A DNA stretch of 64,000 bases from an uncultured delta proteobacterium (GCA_963836955.1 CAWILO010000011.1:776715-840714), one strand, 5' to 3'. Shown: positions 38,379 through 48,836, counted from the first letter of the stretch. Notes: generated from the sequence alone by a model not told the origin. A program made the numbers and translations.

Positions 38379-41243
38379 CTATCGTGGCAATTTGTTGGCG
38401 CTGCCCGCCCCGCGCGCCGGCGCAACATTCTCCGCGGCATCCGAACGCCCGGCAGCCACTTTCTTCTGGAAGGCTGCGTAGCTCTCGCGCACCTCGACGT
38501 CGTTCGGAGCAAGCGCGCGCGCGCGGAGATAGTCGCGGTCGGCGGCGACGTATTGGTAGGCGCCGTCCTCCGCGCCTGCCAGCCCAACCCACGCGCGGGG
38601 GTTCGTCGGATCGACTTCCGTGGCGCGCCGAAAGGTCTGAGCTGCTCGCTCATAGTCGCGGTCGCCCAAGTAGAAAGAACCCAAGCGGAGGAGGTTGTCG
38701 TAGGTCGGCTCGTACTCGACCATCTTCACCAAGGCCGCGCGCGCCTTGTCGGGTTGGTCCGAGGTCTGCGCAACCTGCGCGAACGCTGCAAACAGAGGAA
38801 CCGGGTCGACGCCGGCATCCAGCCCTTCCTTTAGGGCGATCTCGGCGTCAGGGACGTTCTTCTGTGCGACAAACACCTCGGTCAACAGAGCGGTGTATGG
38901 CTCCGGATCTTCCGGGCGTAGGGCGCGGGCCCCCTCAAAGCAGCGGCGCGCCCGGTCAAGTTGGTCCGCGCTCGCATAGGTCTGCCCCGCTATCACCAGA
39001 AGTTGCACACGACTACGGGGATCCTGCTCGGAGGCCGCACCACGCTCGTAGACCTGCGCGGCATCCAGACTGCGCTCGGTATCGGTGTAGAATGTGCCGA
39101 GGCTCCTGATAGCATCGGGGTATCCGCGCGCCACCGCTTCGACCAGACCCTGTTCGATCGCATGGCGATCGGGTTCTGCCAGGTAAGGCACTATCCGAGG
39201 GCTGAGGTAGATGTGGTTATTAGAGCTGGGCGCCCACATCACTGAGATCGTAATCTGATTTAGCGCCTCGGCGATGCGCCCATCGTCGGCCAGGCCGTGA
39301 GCGTAGAGGTCGCGCGCGAACGGATTGCGCGGATCGATCCATACCGCCCGCGCAGCCTCCGCGAGCCCTGCCGGCGAGTTCCCGTACCACGACGCCAGAG
39401 CGAGGTGCAGACCGGCGTTGGCCGGATGCAGCAACACCATTGTGCGCGCAGCATCAAATGTTTTGGGCGGCGCATAGTAGGGGTAAATCACGCTTCCTTG
39501 GACGGTGGAGGCAATCGCCAGAATCCCCGCCGCCGCAGCTGCGTACGGACCGGCACCTCGAACAAACCCACGGGCGCGGCTCGAGGACTCAGTTTCTTGC
39601 GCGCCGGCGACCGCGATCCTCACCATCAAGGCCGCGTAGATCGCGAACAGAAACCCGATAGCCGGGGTGGTGAGGCTGAAATCAAACAGCTCGTGGAATG
39701 CTTCGACCGACACTCCGGCCACTAAAGCGGCTATCGTCAGTTGCGCGCTCGGGGACACGCGGTCCCATCGCTTCCATATGACCCGCGCGGTTCGCCATCC
39801 GATCATTGCGAATGCCGCAACGCCCAGGATTCCAAGTTCCGCCGCAATTTCTACATAGTCGTTGTGGGCGTTACGAAAAACCTGGTCAGGCCAAGGACCT
39901 GTCCGATAGTGAGGGAACACTTCGGGCCACGATCCGAAGCCGACCCCCAACAACGCATAGTCCCGGAACATTCGAAGCGTGTCGTGCCAGATATGAACGC
40001 GGTACCAAAAGCCGAGCCCGCCGGCGACGCTCTGGCCGATCCGCGTGTCGACCTCCCCCCTACCCGCGGAACCTATCAGAGCGATCGACATCGCTGCGAC
40101 TGCAAGCGCCGCAAGTCCCAGCCACGGCATCCAGGCGCGCGCACCATCGGCGCGCGCGCGGAACACGGTGGGTGTTCTTATTCGACTTGCCAGAACAGCA
40201 AACAGTACGCAGGACACCACCGTGCCAGCCCAGATTGCACGCGATTCACTCAGAAGTATCGCGCACATCACAACGACCAGCGCCGCGCTGCACAGTATCG
40301 GCACCGTCTCATCGCGGTCCCGCCCGCCGTTGCCTGCTAACGCGCCCCAGGCCCGCGAGATGAACAGCGGAACGGTCATCGCGAGATAGACAGCAAAGTG
40401 GTCGGGATCGATGAAAGGGCCCATCATGCGCGGCCGGTTCAGGTTTGGCGCGCCCCAATCGAGCGGGACAAAGAACCACAGCACCTTACCGTTCCAGGTG
40501 ACCTGCTGCGCCAGTCCGATAGTCGCCACGGCAAATCCACTGATCAGGATCACCGCTACGAGCAAACGGGTAAGCGGGTCCTCGTCGCGCTGGGTCGCCG
40601 CGGACGCGACCGGATAGAGCGCCACAATCAAAAAAAGCCCGAACGCTGCTAGGAGTTGCAGCGCGCTTGCAATCCCGAGCGGGGGCGCCAGCGACAACGA
40701 CCGCCAAGCAGTTCCATACCAGCCCGGGTCCGCCGGGGAGCGACCTACCACGGGCGGCGAAGCCGTGTCACGGCTCCCGCGCTTCGAGGTGAATGGAACC
40801 GGCGCGCCGTTCTTCGCCTCGATTTCCGTCGGCAGTGCCACTAGCTGGGTCTTGTAGGTCGCCGACTGTGCCGGCTCTGCTTTCGGCCGGTGATAGTCAA
40901 GCGCTTTCGGCCACCCATCCAGCGCGTGCTGATAAAGGTCGTATGCTCGCGGCGACAGGACGTGCAAAACCGACGGCGGCATGGGTAGCAGCTGGAAACC
41001 GATAAGCAGCGCCAGTACGGCAGCGGGTGCCGCGATGCTCAGCACCGACGCCGCTCCCTTGATCGCCGGTTGCGGCGCTCGCATCCGCAGGAGCGTCGCG
41101 GCCAGCATAGCGAAGACCACGGTCTCAGCCGTGTGATACGCCCATGGATGAACCGTCCCGAAGCATGGGGGGGTAACAAGGATCAGAAGGACCAGCCCCC
41201 CGACCACTGCACGGTCGGTCAAATCAATCAGCTGGGTGCGCAC
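38379..41243 (-). CDS. O-antigen ligase/Wzy-like polytopic membrane domain fused to C-terminal TPR repeats
   Basis: 954 aa. A multi-TM N-terminal ~550 aa is followed by a soluble repeat region with TPR-like periodicity (AQVYERGAAS..., AGQTYASADQLDRARRCFEGARALRPEDPEPY...). Confidence 0.55.
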   Translation of the reverse strand: MRTQLIDLTDRAVVGGLVLLILVTPPCFGTVHPWAYHTAETVVFAMLAATLLRMRAPQPAIKGAASVLSIAAPAAVLALLIGFQLLPMPPSVLHVLSPRAYDLYQHALDGWPKALDYHRPKAEPAQSATYKTQLVALPTEIEAKNGAPVPFTSKRGSRDTASPPVVGRSPADPGWYGTAWRSLSLAPPLGIASALQLLAAFGLFLIVALYPVASAATQRDEDPLTRLLVAVILISGFAVATIGLAQQVTWNGKVLWFFVPLDWGAPNLNRPRMMGPFIDPDHFAVYLAMTVPLFISRAWGALAGNGGRDRDETVPILCSAALVVVMCAILLSESRAIWAGTVVSCVLFAVLASRIRTPTVFRARADGARAWMPWLGLAALAVAAMSIALIGSAGRGEVDTRIGQSVAGGLGFWYRVHIWHDTLRMFRDYALLGVGFGSWPEVFPHYRTGPWPDQVFRNAHNDYVEIAAELGILGVAAFAMIGWRTARVIWKRWDRVSPSAQLTIAALVAGVSVEAFHELFDFSLTTPAIGFLFAIYAALMVRIAVAGAQETESSSRARGFVRGAGPYAAAAAGILAIASTVQGSVIYPYYAPPKTFDAARTMVLLHPANAGLHLALASWYGNSPAGLAEAARAVWIDPRNPFARDLYAHGLADDGRIAEALNQITISVMWAPSSNNHIYLSPRIVPYLAEPDRHAIEQGLVEAVARGYPDAIRSLGTFYTDTERSLDAAQVYERGAASEQDPRSRVQLLVIAGQTYASADQLDRARRCFEGARALRPEDPEPYTALLTEVFVAQKNVPDAEIALKEGLDAGVDPVPLFAAFAQVAQTSDQPDKARAALVKMVEYEPTYDNLLRLGSFYLGDRDYERAAQTFRRATEVDPTNPRAWVGLAGAEDGAYQYVAADRDYLRARALAPNDVEVRESYAAFQKKVAAGRSDAAENVAPARGAGSANKLPR

Positions 41244-41305
41244 GCAGTCGCAAACCTACCGGCATCGCTAGAGGATCGTGGTCGACGAAGAAACGACGAG
41301 CACGC

Positions 41306-43714
41306 CTAGGTTCCGTCGCTCACGCGCTTGGGACTGTCGGCCGCTGGAGAACTGTCCTCGAACGATGTTTCCGCGGCCTCTACGTTTTCGAAGTTATCGA
41401 AACCCTGGTAGTAGGCTTGGTAGGCCTTCGAGTAATAGTGCGGGTAATCCGCCTTGTGCAGCCGCACCTTGTTGAGTACGACGCCTAGAATCTTGGCATG
41501 CGCGTACTCCAGACGGCCCAACGCCGCGGCGACCTGATGGCGGGGTGTGTGTCCCCCGGCCACAACCAGCACCACCCCGTCAACCGCATGAGCAAGATCG
41601 AGCGGGTCGCTCACCAACATCACCGGCGAAGAATCGATGATGATGTAATCATACGTTTCAGAAAGTTCCCCCAGGAAATCCTTCATCCGCGCTGAACCGA
41701 GCAGCTCACTTGGGTTCGGAGGAATCTTCCCGCAACTCAGAAAAAAGAGATTTTCCACCGGGGTCGGATTCACCAGCTCCTTTCCGCCCGCCCCGGTGAG
41801 CGCCTCACTGAGACCCGCCCCGTTTTTCAAACCAAGTAAACGATGGCATCGCGGGCGCCGCATGTCAGCGTCGATTATCAAGACTCGTGAGCCGATCTTC
41901 GCGAACACCGAGGCGGTGTTGACGGTAACCGTGGTCTTTCCTTCGCCGGGAACGGCACTGGTGAACATGGTCACCTTCGGCGGCGCCCCCGCCCGCGACA
42001 AGCGCAGCGAGGTGCGAAGATGCCGAAAGGACTCGCCCAGTATTGAGTATTTGCCGTAGGTCGCGACTAGGTCACGTCCATGCGCGTCATTGGCGGGCAG
42101 CTCGGCTACCGCAGGCTTTGTCAGGTATCCCGCGCCGTAGCGCGCGCCGAGCGAGATGGCGTTGGTGAAGTCAGGTATCATCGCCAGACCGGGAAGCTTC
42201 AGATATTCTTCCATTTCCTCGGCGGTCTTAAGGGTGTTGTCGAGCCGTTCGATGAGTAGCGCCGCACAAATCCCCAGCAGTAATCCTAGCGCGCCCGCGG
42301 CTACCAGGTCGCGCTTGGTGCGCGGGCTAGATGGGGCGAGCGGCGGTTGCGCCGCGTCTACGATCGAAGTGTTGGACGCGTGTGCGTCGACGGTCAGGTT
42401 CTTCATCCGCTTGAGCACGGCGTTGTAAAGCTCGCGGTTAGTGTCGGCCTCGCGTGCAAGCATCACGTATTTGATCGCGGCGTCGTTGAGCCCCAGCGCA
42501 AAGCTCTTCTCCTTGTCGAGCTCGGCGGCGATCGCTTGTTCGCTCTCGAGCGCGGCCTGATATTGCTCGTTTACGCTCGCGACCGCGGTCTTGAGCTCGC
42601 TATCCATAACCCCGCGCGTCCCGTCGATCTTTTCGCGGAGCTCTCGCATTTCGGGATAGTCATCGGTGTACTCGCCGCGCATACTGGCGTAGCGCGATTC
42701 GAGCTGGTCAAGGTCACTTTTCAAGCCCTGGATAACCTTATTGTCCATCACCTGGGGCAAGGCATCGGTGCGGCCAGCCTTCACGAGCTGGAGCTGGGTG
42801 CCCAAGGTGATGGTCTTGAGGTGCGCATCCTGAAGGTCACGGTTGAGTTTGTTGAGCTGTTCGACCACCACGTCCTGGTTGCCGTTGAGTGAGATCAGCC
42901 CCGGGACGATACCCTTGTCGCGCCGGTAGTTGTTGAGCGCCACTTCCGATTGTTCGACGCGCTGCTTGAGTTCGTCGAGCTTGCCGGCCAAGAATCGCTG
43001 AGCCTCGTCGCTCGCCTGAGCGCTAAGCTCGATTCCCTGCTCAATAAATGCCCGCGCATGAGCATTAGCCATTCGCGCCGACAACTTGGGATCCGAGGTG
43101 GTGAACTCGACCTGCACCAATTGTGTGTTTTCGATGGGCTTGACCCGCAGCGCGTCCAAATACCATTGGACCACCGAACGGGGAACGCTCTCGGACAGTG
43201 GATCGTCCAATGTCGGAGCGGCGTGCTTCTCCGCAAGGCTGGGAAACCAACCGGCAAGCGCGGACCGCAAGACGCCCCACCCCGGCAACCACGACCCGGA
43301 AGCGGGTGACGACCCGGCCCCTAGCTTCATTAGCCCTTGGTCGAGAATCACCCGGGTTGCGAGGCTGCTTGACTTGAGCAGCTCGTGCTGCGTGTCATCA
43401 TACGGTTCCCGAGACGAGTCCTGCGTCGAGGAAAGGTTTTCGTCCTCGATTACCCGCGACGGGGCGTATCGTATGAGCAACGTGGTGCTGGCCGTGTAGC
43501 TAGGCTCTGTCATCAAATCGTGCATCAGCGTGAGACCCACACATACCGCCGCGATCACAAGCGCCACGCGTAGGTGCTTGTGCACGATGCGACGGTATTC
43601 GTGAAACTCAACCCAAGCCATGTGACCTGGATTGCGCGGCGGGCGGCGCATCAAGCGCGCTTGCACGACCTGCGTAGGCTCGTCACCCGGTTCCGACATT
43701 GTAGATTCTGGCAT
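41306..43714 (-). CDS. polysaccharide co-polymerase (Wzz/GumC-like) fused to a BY-kinase tyrosine autokinase with a C-terminal Tyr cluster (Wzc-like)
   Basis: N-terminal TM + Wzz region and a long coiled coil, then Walker A VPGEGKTTVTVNTAS and Walker B LIIDADMRRP. The C-terminal tail is DYPHYYSKAYQAYYQGF. Confidence 0.7.
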   Translation of the reverse strand: MPESTMSEPGDEPTQVVQARLMRRPPRNPGHMAWVEFHEYRRIVHKHLRVALVIAAVCVGLTLMHDLMTEPSYTASTTLLIRYAPSRVIEDENLSSTQDSSREPYDDTQHELLKSSSLATRVILDQGLMKLGAGSSPASGSWLPGWGVLRSALAGWFPSLAEKHAAPTLDDPLSESVPRSVVQWYLDALRVKPIENTQLVQVEFTTSDPKLSARMANAHARAFIEQGIELSAQASDEAQRFLAGKLDELKQRVEQSEVALNNYRRDKGIVPGLISLNGNQDVVVEQLNKLNRDLQDAHLKTITLGTQLQLVKAGRTDALPQVMDNKVIQGLKSDLDQLESRYASMRGEYTDDYPEMRELREKIDGTRGVMDSELKTAVASVNEQYQAALESEQAIAAELDKEKSFALGLNDAAIKYVMLAREADTNRELYNAVLKRMKNLTVDAHASNTSIVDAAQPPLAPSSPRTKRDLVAAGALGLLLGICAALLIERLDNTLKTAEEMEEYLKLPGLAMIPDFTNAISLGARYGAGYLTKPAVAELPANDAHGRDLVATYGKYSILGESFRHLRTSLRLSRAGAPPKVTMFTSAVPGEGKTTVTVNTASVFAKIGSRVLIIDADMRRPRCHRLLGLKNGAGLSEALTGAGGKELVNPTPVENLFFLSCGKIPPNPSELLGSARMKDFLGELSETYDYIIIDSSPVMLVSDPLDLAHAVDGVVLVVAGGHTPRHQVAAALGRLEYAHAKILGVVLNKVRLHKADYPHYYSKAYQAYYQGFDNFENVEAAETSFEDSSPAADSPKRVSDGT

Positions 43715-45132
43715 CAGAATGCACTCATCATCGCCGCGGCCGGGCCCATCGTAGCTAACCCCTGCGCCGCGAGGTACAGGGCGTATCCGGGAATTTTCAC
43801 CGCCGAATATCCAACGTCCACAACGTCGTTCGCCTGCAGGGCGACGTCGGGTGCCTCGCCCTGCTGAACCGCTGCCAGATTTACCTGGATTACTTTGGTC
43901 TGCTCACCCGGTTCGTGCCGCATGATCTTCACCGTGGTCGGATCCGCCGCGAACAACATACCTCCGGCCGCGGAAACAGCACTCAAGGCTGTCAAGCCGT
44001 GAGTCACTGGAAGCACCATAGGTTTATAGACCCAGCCAACGACCGAAGTTTGGCCTGCGGGAGGCACATACAGAGTATCGCCAGGCCGTACCTGGAGATT
44101 GACATATCTCCGGTAGGGCGAGTCGCCATCCAAAGCGATCACGTATGCGGAGCCGGCATCGAATTCGTTCTGGGAGGGTGGCCGAACCCACGGGGTATAG
44201 TCGCCTTTCACTGCGGTATTGGTGACGGCACCCGAAGATTGCGGCGTGGAATTGTTGACAGCGCCGAGCGCAGCGGTCGGGGCCTCGGGCGTTTTGGGCA
44301 TCGTCGCGCCGTTGGCGGCCTGCTGCGCGAGCATCGAGTCATCGTTTGAGCCTGCCCGCGCGGGGTTGAGCAGCACCTCACGCGCGGCGTTGTCGCTGAG
44401 CCCTCCGGCTCGTTCGATCAGATCACGAACGGTGTCACTGGGCCCGTTGAGTACATAAAGCCCCGGGGCGTGCACAGCGCCCATCACCCCCACCACCCTG
44501 CTCGAATAGCTCTTCACTAGCAGATTGATTTCCGGATGGTATACATACTTGTGGAGCGCGTTGGCCAGCTGGTTGATGATCTCCGGTTCCGTTAGTCCCG
44601 CAACGTGGAACGACCCCACCAGCGGAAGCGTAATGTCGCCCTTTCCGTCGACACGAACGTTACGGTCTTTGAGTTCCCTTACGTTCGGCACCGAAATTTC
44701 TAGCATGTCGCCGGGTCCGATCGTTAAGTCCTTTTGTTCGCTCGCGCGTTGCTGCCAGAGTTTGTCAAGCGCGGTATCCGATTGTTCGGGGGTAAGCTGA
44801 GCTGCTGAAGGTGAGACTTGGCTACCTGGCGCCGGTGGCGCCTGCGACGCGCACCCAGCGAGCGCCGCGGCCAGCACAGCAAGAAGCGTCACCCGAAAGC
44901 TAGGGACGCCGCCGGGGTTAGGTGCTCTTGCACTCCGAGTCAGACTTAGCGGACCCATTGTTGCTGACCGTGTTTTCTGAGCGCTGAACGTGGATCGAAC
45001 CTCTTTGTAAATCACACTGATCCTGCCCGACTCAATCAAGTCTTCTGAGCCCTGTTGCGAATGGGTTAGGATACTAACCTCAACCAAAGAAATTGTAGGG
45101 CTGCTTCGACACGAAATCCGAAACCGTGCCAT
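43714..45132 (-). CDS. Wza-like outer-membrane polysaccharide export (OPX) protein. The true start is probably the internal MGPLSL... with a lipobox LAGC
   Basis: Poly_export/SLBB-like region LTIGPGDMLEISVPNVRELKDRNVRVDGKGDITLPLVGSFHVAGLTEPEI. Confidence 0.6.
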   Translation of the reverse strand: MARFRISCRSSPTISLVEVSILTHSQQGSEDLIESGRISVIYKEVRSTFSAQKTRSATMGPLSLTRSARAPNPGGVPSFRVTLLAVLAAALAGCASQAPPAPGSQVSPSAAQLTPEQSDTALDKLWQQRASEQKDLTIGPGDMLEISVPNVRELKDRNVRVDGKGDITLPLVGSFHVAGLTEPEIINQLANALHKYVYHPEINLLVKSYSSRVVGVMGAVHAPGLYVLNGPSDTVRDLIERAGGLSDNAAREVLLNPARAGSNDDSMLAQQAANGATMPKTPEAPTAALGAVNNSTPQSSGAVTNTAVKGDYTPWVRPPSQNEFDAGSAYVIALDGDSPYRRYVNLQVRPGDTLYVPPAGQTSVVGWVYKPMVLPVTHGLTALSAVSAAGGMLFAADPTTVKIMRHEPGEQTKVIQVNLAAVQQGEAPDVALQANDVVDVGYSAVKIPGYALYLAAQGLATMGPAAAMMSAF

Positions 45133-45284
45133 TTGTCCATCGCTTATCGAGCGAAGCTCATGTCACGGCCGCCCCGCCGATCGATGGAACCACCCTGCCC
45201 AGAAACGAAGACTAACGACATTCGCGGAGCCTCGCTCACCGGAAAACTCCCCGCTACGATAAGATCCCTCAGTGCGACTCCCCA

Positions 45285-45719
45285 CTATGACCGTGCTGTA
45301 ACCGAACCCCATGTGGCACCGCCAACCGCCGCGCTCGGGGACGTGCAGGTTCCGTCTATCGCGCCCGGGCGACCGGTCGCGAGAGCGCTGGCGCTTTGCG
45401 AGACCATCCAATAAACGCAAAGACCTTCCGGCGGCACGCCGGTCTCGACCGTCTGGCCCTGGTACTTGGTCCCAGGCAAGTTCAGGGAGATGCTGTATTC
45501 CCCGGTCGCAATCCCCCCGATCGAGTAGCGTCCATTGGTGTCGGCATCCGCCTTGCCAACGACATTGCCCGTTTGGTCTTTAACGCTGACATGCGCGGAG
45601 GTCACTGGACGGTTCTGAGTGTCGGTGACCGATCCTGCGATTTCCGCCGACCGGGTCTGCACCGCGAGCATTAGCAACCCCAGCGCAAAAAGGCCCGTCA
45701 AAAGAGGCCTATTTATCAT
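45285..45719 (-). CDS. small secreted carboxypeptidase-regulatory-like (CarbopepD_reg) domain protein
   Basis: Signal peptide, then IAGSVTDTQNRPVTSAHVSVKDQTGNVVGKADADTNGRYSIGGIATGEY, a prealbumin-like fold motif. Confidence 0.4.
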   Translation of the reverse strand: MINRPLLTGLFALGLLMLAVQTRSAEIAGSVTDTQNRPVTSAHVSVKDQTGNVVGKADADTNGRYSIGGIATGEYSISLNLPGTKYQGQTVETGVPPEGLCVYWMVSQSASALATGRPGAIDGTCTSPSAAVGGATWGSVTARS

Positions 45720-46460
45720 CCTCTCTTTCGTTCACTATCCTGTTCAGGATTGTGTCGGATTGCTGAAATCTTGTGCGCAATGGTGCGCGAGTTCATCGGA
45801 GGCTGATCGTGCCATTCCAGTTCCACCTGACCGGCAGACAAAACGAGAAACGAACGCAACCTATCTAATGAAAAGGGCTACCCGCCGAGCCGCTGCTCCC
45901 GCTAAAACAGCCCGGACCTGCACAAGCACCCAATCCAGAACTTGTAGCGACCGCCAGCGACTGCCCCGATCGAAGCCCGCCTCCAAGCGGTTATGCCAAA
46001 CACAATGCGTCCGCCATCCCTTCCGTCTTGAAACGGCGGCTATTCTTTTAGATCGCCTGTGACGCCGAATCCCCGAACCAATCAAGCCACAATCCGCCTC
46101 AACCGATCGAACCGTCTTAAGTCCTACCGACTAGAGTCCTTTATCGATGGAGCAAAACAACAGTCAAGCAAGCAAACAACGGTCAACAATGGCATTTTGG
46201 TGAGTTTGCCTACAAAAAGTTAAGCGGCATGAATGCTCCGCACCGGCCTCATGACAGGTCAACTTCGCCGTAGATCGTAAACGAGAACATTTTTAAGGTC
46301 GGAATGGACCGCGATTGAGAGGAGAGGGTACGTCGCCGGGCCGGCGGCTGTCAACGCTCGTGTTCCGTTTCGGTACTGGCGTATTTGAGAACCTGCAGGC
46401 GGAAATTGAGAAGCTCAACCAGGTAAGTTGAAAACCAAACTCCGCGTGATCATATTTCTA

Positions 46461-46500
46461 GTCGATCGCATATATCGCATATATTGATCGAATATGCGAT
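46461..46500. promoter_or_regulatory. quasi-palindromic operator-like element: atcgcatat twice in direct orientation 10 bp apart, plus the inverted copy atatgcgat
   Basis: Read directly: tcgatcgcatatatcgcatatattgatcgaatatgcgat. It lies in an 830-bp non-coding region upstream of the polysaccharide operon. Confidence 0.35.
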
Positions 46501-46850
46501 GCCAACATCTCAGCCATCGGTAGTCAATCGAAACGGACTTGAGCATTAACACGGCTCCAAGGTATCCATTGTTCTCCCGGGTCGCGCCCACTGCGTTGGG
46601 GAGAATACGTCATGGCGTTTGCTGACACTATAGATGACGATGTCGGCAAGAAGCTGTGAGCGATCAATACCGACCCTCACTTTCAGCAAAATCATTGTCA
46701 ATGGCTGAAGGATTTCGGACACCAAAAGGTTCACGATCAGATTGAGTCCCTCGTCACTATTATGAAACTCTGCGACCATATGGAAGATTTTCGCCGTAAG
46801 TCTGCGCGCGTGTTGAGGAAGAGCGCGATAGCCGAGCAAATGAGCCTCAA

Positions 46851-47087
46851 TTGGGTTCAGCGATGAAGACCCGCCACGTCGCCGAGCCTGGCCCGATTAT
46901 GACCCCTAATGAAGTAGCCCAGTACCTGCGCATCCATTACACGACGCTTTATAGGCTGATTAGACGGGGCGAAATACCAGCTTTCAAGGTCGGCAGCGAC
47001 TACCGTTTCAGGCGAGATGCAATCGAGAAATGGGTCGCCGAAAAGCAGCGGACGCAGGAGCGTTCAAAAGTAGTATCCGCAAGCTGA
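46851..47087 (+). CDS. excisionase-family helix-turn-helix DNA-binding protein. The true start is probably MTPNEVAQYL near 46899
   Basis: TPNEVAQYLRIHYTTLYRLIRRGEIPAFKVGSDYRFRRDAIEKW matches the MerR-like excisionase HTH pattern. Confidence 0.55.
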   Translation: MGSAMKTRHVAEPGPIMTPNEVAQYLRIHYTTLYRLIRRGEIPAFKVGSDYRFRRDAIEKWVAEKQRTQERSKVVSAS

Positions 47088-47411
47088 GCGTGGTTCCTTT
47101 TGCAACTCTGCATACGGGTTGATTTGTGCCTGAAAATGAGAAGCCAGCGCAACGCCAGTCCGTTGCCGACCGAGAGGGGAGCAAAAGACACAACTCAGCC
47201 TGCCAAATCTCGAATTACCAAATTGCCGCGCGAGCGTCTATCGAGTTTCAGAACTTAGGATACTTGCGTTTTGCACTTGGGACATTCAGTTGCGATTTTA
47301 GGAAGGTGCCTTAGGGTCTGCATCCGGGAGAACGGCGCACAATCGCGACCGATTTCAGGAGCCAACTAGATCAATTGCGCCCTCGCCATGTCACCTTCAA
47401 CTGGAAAGGTA

Positions 47412-48155
47412 CTATTTCGAGGGGCTCGACGTACCGCCACTGCCGTTAAACCCTCCCGCTCCAGCCGCTATACCCGCACCGAGGCCGGCCGCCAAGCCTA
47501 ATCCCAGCGCCGTCGGACCGAGGGCGCCCGATCCTCCCGAGCTCTCAAAAAAGAATCCGCCGCAAGGGACGGTGGTTTGTTTACCGGCGTGAACGTCCAC
47601 GCAATCGGGGGGAGTGGCAGTATTGCACACCTGCACAGTGCCGTCCTGGACATCGACCTCAGTGAACTGAAAGCAATCCGGATATTTCGACTGCGGGGCT
47701 TGGCTGGAAATCACATTGAAACCGGTTCCGCGAACCGCTCCGATGGCGTTGGGTGTATGCACTTCAAATGTGGTCGAACTTCCGCTTCCGCGCATCGCGC
47801 CCACAATCAAGGAGTGCAAATCGCCGTTCACCAGTCCCACCTTGCTCGGCGCACCGACTCCGTTAACCAGCACGCTCTCATCTATAGTCAGCGTTGACGA
47901 CGCGCCCAATTGTAGAGAACTGTTATCGACCAGGCCGATCGTCAGCGACGCGTTAGGGTCCGTCACAATCTTATCGTGCAGCATGACCGGCATGTTCTGT
48001 GCTGCGGCGACCGTCGCACCGCCTCGTTGGATGTTCGCGGTTCCCTGGATTTGCGTGATCGTGCCGACGTCGTTTTGCGCATGCGCAGCCGGAGCCGCCG
48101 TCACAATTGTCAGCATCGCCAGACCGAAGAGCACTGCAATTCGCAAGGAGCTCAT
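47412..48155 (-). CDS. secreted FecR-domain protein with a Gly-rich C-terminal tail
   Basis: Signal peptide, then TITQIQGTANIQRGGATVAAAQNMPVMLHDKIVTDPNASLTIGLVDNSSLQLGASSTLTID, which is FecR-like. Confidence 0.5.
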   Translation of the reverse strand: MSSLRIAVLFGLAMLTIVTAAPAAHAQNDVGTITQIQGTANIQRGGATVAAAQNMPVMLHDKIVTDPNASLTIGLVDNSSLQLGASSTLTIDESVLVNGVGAPSKVGLVNGDLHSLIVGAMRGSGSSTTFEVHTPNAIGAVRGTGFNVISSQAPQSKYPDCFQFTEVDVQDGTVQVCNTATPPDCVDVHAGKQTTVPCGGFFFESSGGSGALGPTALGLGLAAGLGAGIAAGAGGFNGSGGTSSPSK

Positions 48156-48836
48156 ATTGCTCTACCTCTACTTCTACCCATTGTCCCTTTCCTTCTCCCC
48201 TGCGAATTCGCGCAGCACTATGACATAGCGCCAATATTGACGAAAACCTGGCGCTTCTGGCGTGATTAAGGACATAGCTCAAATGATCAGCACTGTGTAG
48301 TGCCGTCACCACGAAACGGACTCAATTTTTAAGGGCATCGGTCAAGGTTCCCGCGAGCTCTGCGAGTTGGGTCTGAGTTTAGTCCAAGCCTGCTGCTCAG
48401 CCGTTTGGCGTCCGCCGAAATCTGCCGAAAGATCCGATTCCGATCTCGGCATTAAACCGCGTATATAACTGACAATACAACGTTGACGCAATCGTGTTTG
48501 TGGCTCGCATCGCTAAACGGCCATGAAAGCGATGCGAGTCGTCGGCGACCTTATGGAAGCCGCGATTCACCTCGGACTATGGCGACAGACTGCGCCGTTC
48601 TCAGGAAAATCTGAAGCGTCGTCGCGCCAGTTGAGAACCAGAGGAGCAAGTAAGAATGTTCCCCGCTAGTCAACTTTCAGAGCGGATCTCTCCGCGCACC
48701 TTACTTGGCCCCGGAAATCGATCCATCGTGGAGGGCCGGCAACCAACCACTAAGCCAAACGGATCAAGCGGCCTACATACGGACGGCTAGTCCCTCGCGC
48801 GCAGCGATCGCAGCACCGAAATCAAGCGCGCGGTTT

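Noticed and set aside
45720-46560. Looked for an ops/JUMPstart (GGCGGTAG) antitermination element in the polysaccharide operon leader
   Set aside because: No match to the 8-mer in either orientation.
13302-48155. Searched secreted proteins for PEP-CTERM / exosortase sorting signals, because EPS loci in such genomes often carry them
   Set aside because: The C-termini examined (13302.., 14601.., 7024.., 45285.., 47412..) lack a PEP motif followed by a TM segment and an Arg-rich tail. No exosortase-like gene is in the window.
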